From NCBI RefSeq assembly GCF_009914755.1, contig NC_060930.1: DNA of 64,000 nucleotides; one strand, 5' to 3'. Positions 56,301 to 64,000 of the stretch are shown here, in pieces; the first letter of the stretch is position 1, and every line of letters begins with the position of its first letter. The DNA comes from the human T2T-CHM13v2.0 reference genome, Homo sapiens. Under the pieces are notes generated by a model. That model saw only the letters and a program-made list of their open reading frames with translations, was not told where the DNA came from and searched no databases. A program made the translations under genes and the position numbers.

Positions 56301-59300
56301 TATATTTCGAACGCATTGAAGCCCACAGTAGAAAAGGAAATAACTTCACCTAAAACCTAGACAGAAGCAATCTCAGAAACTACTTTGTGATGTGTACATT
56401 CAACTCACAGAGTGGAACTTTCCTCTTTGTAGAGCAGTGTTGAAACACTCTTTTTGTAGAAACTGCAAGTGGATATGTGGACCTCTTTGAGGCCCTCGTT
56501 GGAAACGGGATTTCTTCCTATAACCCTAGACAGAAGAATTTTCAGAAACCTCATTGTGATGTGTGCGTTCATCTCACAGAGTGGAGTCTTCCGTTTGATA
56601 GAGAAGTTTTGAAACCCTGTTCTTGTAGGATTTCCAAGTGGATATTTAGACCACTTTGAAGCCTATGATAGAAAAGGAAACATCTTCATGGAAAACATAG
56701 ACAGAATCATTCTCAGAAAGAACTTTGTGATGTGTGCGTTGAACTCACTGTCTTTAACCTTTCTTTTGGTAGAGAAGTCTTGAAACACTCTCTTTGTAAA
56801 GTCTACAAGTGGATATTTTGAGCCCTTGGAGGCATTCTTTGGAAAAGGGAATGTCTTCACGTAAAAGGCAGACAGAAGTGTTCTCAGAAAGTGCTTTGTG
56901 ATGTCTGTGTTCAACTCACAGAGTTTAACATTTCCTTTGATAGAGCAGTTTAGCAAAACTCTCTTTGTAGAATTTGGAAGTGTATAGTAAGAGCGCTTTG
57001 AGGCCTATGGTAGAAAAGGAAATATCTTTCCATAAAAGCTAGACAGAAGCAATCTCAGAAACTCCTTTGTGATGTCTGCATTCAACTCACCGAGTGGAGC
57101 ATTCCTCTTGATAGAGCAGTTTGGAAACACTCTTTCTGTAGAATCAGCTTGTTTGTATTTGGACCTCCTTGAGGCCTTCGTTGGAAACGGGTTTTCATCT
57201 TATAAACCCAGACAGAAGAATTCTCTGAGTCTTCTTTGTGATGTGTGCTTTCAACTCACCGAGATAAAGATTTCTCTTGATAGAGCAATTTGGAAACACT
57301 CTTTTTGTAGAATTTGCAAGGGTACATTGAGAGCGCTTTCAGGCCTATGGTAGAAAAGGGAATATCTTTCCATAAAAGGTAGACAGAAGCAATCTCAGAA
57401 ACTACTTTGTGATGTGTGCATTCAACTCACCGAGTGCAACATTCCTCTTGATAGAGCAGTTTGGAAACATTGTTTCTGTAGAATCTGCAAGTGGATATTT
57501 GGACCTCTTTGAGGCCTTCGTTGGAAACGGGATTTCTTCCTATAAACCCAGACAGAAGAATTCTCAGAGACTTCTTTGTGATGTGTGAATTCAACTCACA
57601 GTGTGGATCCTTCCTTTTGATAGAGCAGTTTTGAAACACTGTTTTTGTAGTATTTCCAAGCGTATATTTGGAACGCCTTGAAGCGTGTGGTAGAAAAGGA
57701 AATATCTTCCCATAAAACCTAGACAGAACCAATCTCAGAAACGACTTTGTGATGTCTGCATTCAACTCACAGAGTTGAACATTTCTCTTGATAGAGCAGT
57801 TTTGAAACCCTCTTTCTGAAGGATCTGCAAGTGGATATTTGGAACTCCTTTGGGTCTTCGTTGGAAACGGGATTTCTCCGTATAAATCTAGACAGAAGAA
57901 TTCTCCGAAACTTCTTTGGTTGTGTGCATTCAAGTCACAGAGTGGAACCTTCTTTTGGGTAGAGCAGTTTGAAACGCTGTGGTTGTAGTATTTCCAAGCG
58001 GATATTTGAGCGCCTTGAGGCCTATGGTAGAAAAGGAAATGTCTTCCCATAAAACCTAGACGGAAGCAATCTCAGAAACTACTGTGTGATGGCTGCATTC
58101 CACACACACGGTGGAACATTACTCTTGATAGAGCAGTTTTGAAACACTCTTTCTGTAGAATCTGCAAGTGGATAATTGGACCGCCTTGAGGCCTTAGTTG
58201 GAAACGGGATTTCTTCATGTTACTCTAGATAGAAGAATTCTCAAACACTGCTATGTGATGTTTGCATTCAAGTCACAGAGTGCAACATTCCTCTTGACAG
58301 AGCAGTTGGGAAACACTCCTTTTGTAGAATTTGCAATGGGATATTTGGACTTCTTTGAGGCCTTCGTTGGAAACGGGATTTCTTCGTATAAATCTAGACA
58401 GAAGAATTCTCAGAAACTTGTTTGTGATGTGTGCATTCAACTCAGCGAGTGGCACCTTCCTTTGGAGACAGCAGTTTTGAAACACTGTTTTTGAGGTATT
58501 TCCAAGCGGATATTTAGAGCGCCTTGAAGCCTACGCTAGAAATGGAAATATCTCCCCATAAAACCAAGACAGAAGCAATCTCAGAAACTAATGTGTGATG
58601 GCTGCATTCCACACACACGGTGGACCATTTCTCTTGATAGAGCAGTTTTGAAACACTCTTTCTGTAGAATCTGCAAGTGGATAATTGGACCTCCGAGAGG
58701 CCTTCGTTGGAGACCGGATTTCTTCATCTAAACCTACAGAGAAGAATTCTCAGTAACTTCTTCGGATGTGTGCATTCGACTCACAGAGTGGAACATTCCC
58801 TTCGATAGAGCAGTTTTGAGACACCGTTTTAGTAGAATTCCCAAGTGGATATTTAGAGCACTTTGAAGTCTCTGCTAGAAAAGGAAACATCTTCATGTAA
58901 AAAGTAGATAGAATCGTTCTCAGAAAGTGCTTAGTGACGTGTGCTTTCAACTCACAGAGTGTAACGTTTCCTTTGATAGAGCGTCTCTGAAACACCCTTC
59001 TTGTAGTAGCTGCAAGTGGATATTTGGACCTGTTGGAGGCCTTCTTTGGAAACGGGATTTCTTCATGTAACTCTAGATTGAAGAATTCTCAGAAACTCCT
59101 GTGTGATGTGTGCATTCAATTCAAAGAGTGAAACCTCCCTTTTCACAGAGCAGTTTTGAAACACTGTTTTTGTAGGATTTCCAAGGGGATATTTATAGCG
59201 CATTGAGCCTACGGCAGAAAAAGAAAAACCTTCCTATGAAAACTAGACAGAATAATTCTCAGAATCTGCTTTGCGATGTGTGCGTTCAACTCACAGAGTA

Positions 59301-62300
59301 AAACTTTTCTTTTGATAGAGCAGTTTTGAAACACTCTTTTTGTAGTATTTGCATGGGTATATTTAGAGCGCGTTGAAGCCCACAGTAGAAAAGGAAATAA
59401 CTTCACCTAAAACCTAGACAGAAGCAATCTCAGAAACTTCTTTGTGATGTGTACATTCAACTCACAGAGTGGAACTTTCCTCTTTATAGAGCAGTGTTGA
59501 AACACTCTTTTTGTAGAAACTGCAAGTGGATATGTGGACCTCTTTGAGGCCCTCGTTGGGAACCGGATTTCTTCCTATAACCCTAGACAGAAGAATTTTC
59601 AGAAACCTCATTGTGATGTGTGCGTTCATCTCACAGAGTGGAGTCTTCCGTTTGATAGAGAAGTTTTGAAACCCTGTTCTTGTAGGATTTCCAAGTGGAT
59701 ATTTAGACCACTTTGAAGCCTATGATAGAAAAGGAAACATCTTCATGGAAAACATAGACAGAATCATTCTCAGAAACAACTTTGTGATGTGTGCGTTGAA
59801 CTCACCGTCTTTAACCTTTCTTTTGGTAGAGAAGTTTTGAAACACTCTCTTTGTAAAGTCTACAAGTGGATATTTTGAGCCTTTGGAGGCATTCTTTGGA
59901 AAAGGGAATGTCTTCACGTAAAAGGCAGACGGAAGTGTTCTCAGAAACTGCTTTGTGATGTCTGTGTTCAACTCACAGAGTTTAACATTTCCTTTGATAG
60001 AGCAGTTTAGTAACACTCTCTTTGTAGAATTTGGAAGTGTATACTAAGAGCGCTTTGAGGCCTATGGTAGAAGAGGAAATATCTTTCCATAAAAGCTAGA
60101 CAGAAGCAATCTCAGAAACTCCTTTGTGATGTGTGCATTCAACTCACCGAGTGGAACATTCCTCTTGATAGAGCAGTTTGGAAACGCTCTTTCTGTAGAA
60201 TCAGCTTGTTTGTAGTTGGACCTCCTTGAGGCCTTCGTTGGAAACGGGTTTTCATCTTATAAACCCAGACAGAAGAATTCTCAGAGTCTTCTTTGTGATG
60301 TGTGCTTTCAACTCACCGAGATTAAAAGATTTCTCTTGATAGAGCAATTAGGAAACACTCTCTTTGTAGAATTTGCAAGGGTACATTGAGAGCGCTTTCA
60401 GGCCTATGGTAGAAAAGGGAATATCTTTCCATAAAAGGTAGACAGAAGCAATCTCAGAAACTACTTTGTGATGTGTGCATTCAACTCACCGAGTGCAACA
60501 TTCCTCTTGATAGAGCAGTTTGGAAACATTGTTTCTGTAGAATCTGCAAGTGGATATTTGGACCTCTTTGAGGCCTTCGTTGGAAACGGGATTTCTTCCT
60601 ATAAACCCAGACAGAAGAATTCTCAGAGACTTCTTTGTGATGTGTGAATTCAACTCACAGTGTGGATCCTTCCTTTCGATAGAGCGGTTTTGAAACACTG
60701 TTTTTGTAGTATTTCCAAGCGGATATTTGGAACGCCTTGAAGCGTATGGTAGAAAAGGAAATATCTTCCCATAAAACCTAGACAGAACCAATCTCAGAAA
60801 CGACTTTGTGATGTCTGCATTCAACTCACAGAGTTGAACATTTCTCTTGATAGAGCAGTTTTGAAACCCTCTTTCTGAAGGATCTGCAAGTGGATATTTG
60901 GAACTCCTTTGGGTCTTCGTAGGAAACGGGATTTCTTCGTATAAATCTAGACAGAAGAATTCTCCGAAACTTCTTTGGTTGTGTGCATTCAAGTCACAGA
61001 GTGGAACCTTCCTTTGGGTACAGCAGTTTGAAATGCTGTGGTTGTAGTATTTCCAAGCGGATATTAGAGCGCCTTGAAGCCTATGGTAGAAAAGGAAATA
61101 TCTTCCCATAAAACCTAGACGGAAGCAATCTCAGAAACTACTGTGTGATGGCTGCATTCCACACACACGGTGGAACATTTCTCTTGATAGAGCAGTTTTG
61201 AAACACTCTTTATGTAGAATCTGCAAGTGGATAATTGGACCGCCTTGAGGCCTTCGTTGGAAACGGGATTTCTTCATGTTACTCTAGAGAGAAGAATTCT
61301 CAAACACTACTATGTGATGTTTGCATTCGAGTCACAGAGTGCAACATTCCTCTTGACAGAGCAGTTGGGAAACACTCCTTTTGTAGGATTTGCAGTGGGA
61401 TATTTGGACTTCTTTGAGGCCTTCGTTGGAAATGGGATTTCTTCGTATAAATCTAGACAGAAGAATTCTCAGAAACTTCTTTGTGATGTGTGCATTCAAC
61501 TCAGCGAGTGGCACCTTCCTTTGGATACAGCAGTTTTGAAACACTGTTTTTGTAGTATTTCCAAGCGGATATTTAGAGCGCCTTGAAGCCTACGCTAGAA
61601 ATGGAAATATCTCCCCATAAAGCCAAGACAGAAGCAATCTCAGAAACTAATGTGTGATGGCTGCATTCCACACACACGGTGGACCATTTCTCTTGATAGA
61701 GCAGTTTTGAAACCCTCTTTCTGTAGAATTTGCAAGTGGATAATTGGACTTCCTAGAGGCCTTCGTTGGAGACGGGATTTCTTCATCTAAACCTACAGAG
61801 AAGAATTCTCAGTAACTTCTTCGGATGTGTGCATTCGACTCACAGAGTGGAACATTCCCTTTGATAGAGCAGTTTTGAGACACCGTTTTTGTAGAATTCC
61901 CAAGTGGATATTTAGAGCACTTTGAAGTCTCTGCTAGAAAAGGAAACATCTTCATGTAAAAAGTAGATAGAATCGTTCTCAGAAAGTGCTTAGTGACGTG
62001 TGCGTTCAACTCACAGAGTGTAACGTTTCTTTTGATAGAGCGTTTCTGAAACACCCTTCTTGTAGTAGCTGCAAGTGGATATTTGGACCTATTGGAGGCC
62101 TTCTTTGGAAACGGGATTTCTTCATGTAACTCTAGATTGAAGAATTCTCAGAAACTCCTGTGTGATGTGTGCATTCAATTCAAAGAGTGAAACCTCCCTT
62201 TTCACAGAGCAGTTTTGAAACACTGTTTTTGTAGGATTTCCAAGGGGATATTTATAGCGCATTGAGCCTACGGCAGAAAAAGAAACACCTTCCTATGAAA

Positions 62301-64000
62301 ACTAGACAGAATAATTCTCAGAATCTGCTTTGCGATGTGTGCGTTCAACTCACAGAGTAAAACTTTTCTTTTGATAGAGCAGTTTTGAAACACTCTTTTT
62401 GTAGTATTTGCATGGGTATATTTAGAGCGCGTTGAAGCCCACAGTAGAAAAGGAAATAACTTCACCTAAAACCTAGACAGAAGCAATCTCAGAAACTTCT
62501 TTGTGATGTGTACATTCAACTCACTGAGTGGAACTTTCCTCTTTATAGAGCAGTGTTGAAACACTCTTTTTGTAGAAACTGCAAGTGGATATGTGGACCT
62601 CTTTGTGGCCCTCGTTGGAAACGGGACTTCTTCCTGTAACCCTAGACAGAAGAATTTTCAGAAACCTCATTGTGATGTGTGCGTTCATCTCACAGAGTGG
62701 AGTCTTCCGTTTGATAGAGAAGTTTTGAAACCCTGTTCTTGTAGGATTTCCAAGTGGATATTTAGACCACTTTGAAGCCTATGATAGAAAAGGAAACATC
62801 TTCATGGAAAACATAGACAGAATCATTCTCAGAAACACCTTTGTGATGTGTGCGTTGAACTCACCATCTTTAACCTTTCTTTTGGTAGAGAAGTTTTGAA
62901 ACACTCTCTTTGTAAAGTCTACAAGTGGATATTTTGAGCCCTTGGAGGCATTCTTTGGAAAAGGGAATGTCTTCACATAAAAGGCAGACAGAAGTGTTCT
63001 CAGAAACTGCTTTGTGATGTCTGTGTTCAACTCACAGAGTTTAACATTTCCTTTGATAGAGCAGTTTAGTAACACTCTCTTTGTAGAATTTGGAAGTGTA
63101 TATTAAGAGCGCTTTGAGGCCTATGGTAGAAAAGGAAATATCTTTCCATAAAAGCTAGAGAGAAGCAATCTCAGAAACTCCTTTGTGATGTGTGCATTCA
63201 ACTCACCGAGTGGAACATTCCTCTTGATAGAGCAGTTTGGAAACGCTCTTTCTGTAGAATCAGCTTGTTTGTATTTGGACCTCCTTGAGGCCTTCGTTGG
63301 AAACGGGTTTTCATCTTATAAACCCAGACAGAAGAATTCTCAGAGTCTTCTTTGTGAGGTGTGCTTTCAACTCACCAAGATTAAAAGATTTCTCTTGATA
63401 GAGCAATTTGGAAACACTCTTTTTGTAGAATTTGCAAGGGTACATTGAGAGCGCTTTAAGGCCTATGGTAGAAAAGGAAATATCTTTCCATAAAAGGTAG
63501 ACAGAAGCAATCTCAGAAACTACTTTGTGATGTGTGCATTCAACTCACCGAGTGCAACATTCCTCTTGATAGAGCAGTTTGGAAACATTGTTTCTGTAGA
63601 ATCTGCAAGTGGATATTTGGACCTCTTTGAGGCCTTCGTTGGAAACGGGATTTCTTCCTATAAACCCAGACAGAAGAATTCTCAGAGACTTCTTTGTGAT
63701 GTGTGAATTCAACTCACAGTGTGGATCCTTCCTTTCGATAGAGCGGTTTTGAAACACTGTTTTTGTAGTATTTCCAAGCGGATATTTGGAACGCCTTGAA
63801 GCGTATGGTAGAAAAGGAAATATCTTCCCATAAAACCTAGACAGAACCAATCTCAGAAACGACTTTGTGATGTCTGCATTCAACTCACAGAGTTGAACAT
63901 TTCTCTTGATAGAGCAGTTTTGAAACCCTCTTTCTGAAGGATCTGCAAGTGGATATTTGGAACTCCTTTGGGTCTTCGTAGGAAACGGGATTTCTTCGTA
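47340..64000 (+). repeat. Tandem duplication of a 3-HOR block (period 9175 bp); the second copy is cut by the window end
   Basis: Identical or near-identical variant ORFs at 47488/56663, 50545/59720, 52052/61227, 53604/62779 and 54010/63185, all offset by exactly 9175. Confidence 0.87.

Larger units (their letters stand above)
9291..64000 (+). repeat. D6Z1: Homogeneous 18-mer alpha-satellite HOR array (~3057-bp unit, ~17.9 copies), probably chromosome 6 D6Z1 (SF1)
   Basis: The same ORF recurs at 9844, 12901, 15958, 19015, 22071, 25127, 28182, 31238, 34294, 37350, 40406, 43461, 46518, 49575, 52634, 55693, 58750 and 61809 (spacing 3055-3059). I counted 18 monomers between 10182 and 13239, with one GGATCC per unit (e.g. 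11756). The D6Z1 assignment rests on the known ~3-kb BamHI 18-mer of human chromosome 6, not on a database search. Confidence 0.88.

Noticed and set aside
9291-64000. Regularly spaced conserved motifs resembling a CRISPR repeat-spacer array
   Set aside because: The sequence between motifs is itself homologous 171-bp monomer sequence rather than unique spacers. There are no cas genes and the context is primate.

Overview
Primate, most likely human, pericentromere-to-centromere transition made almost entirely of ~171-bp alpha-satellite in one orientation. 1-6688: old divergent alpha-satellite with no CENP-B boxes, interrupted by a 5'-truncated, 5'-inverted (twin-primed) L1PA2/PA3-like LINE-1 with a 13-bp target-site duplication (4053-5612). 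At ~6688 an abrupt out-of-register junction, about 60 bp short of a full monomer, leads into a diverged, rearranged edge copy of a higher-order repeat (HOR; 6689-~9290). From ~9290 to 64000 there are about 18 near-identical 18-monomer HORs of 3055-3059 bp, with CENP-B boxes and one BamHI site per unit, consistent with chromosome 6 D6Z1. The ORF track is satellite noise apart from L1 ORF2 remnants. I see no protein-coding gene, CRISPR array or novel enzymatic system. The interesting signal is structural: a possible 13-mer ancestor of the 18-mer, a relic multimer in the 'monomeric' layer, nested 2-HOR and 3-HOR duplications, two interleaved HOR haplotypes, and CENP-B box gain and loss. Monomer labels m1-m18 are my own (m1 starts at 10182). 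All comparisons were made by eye.
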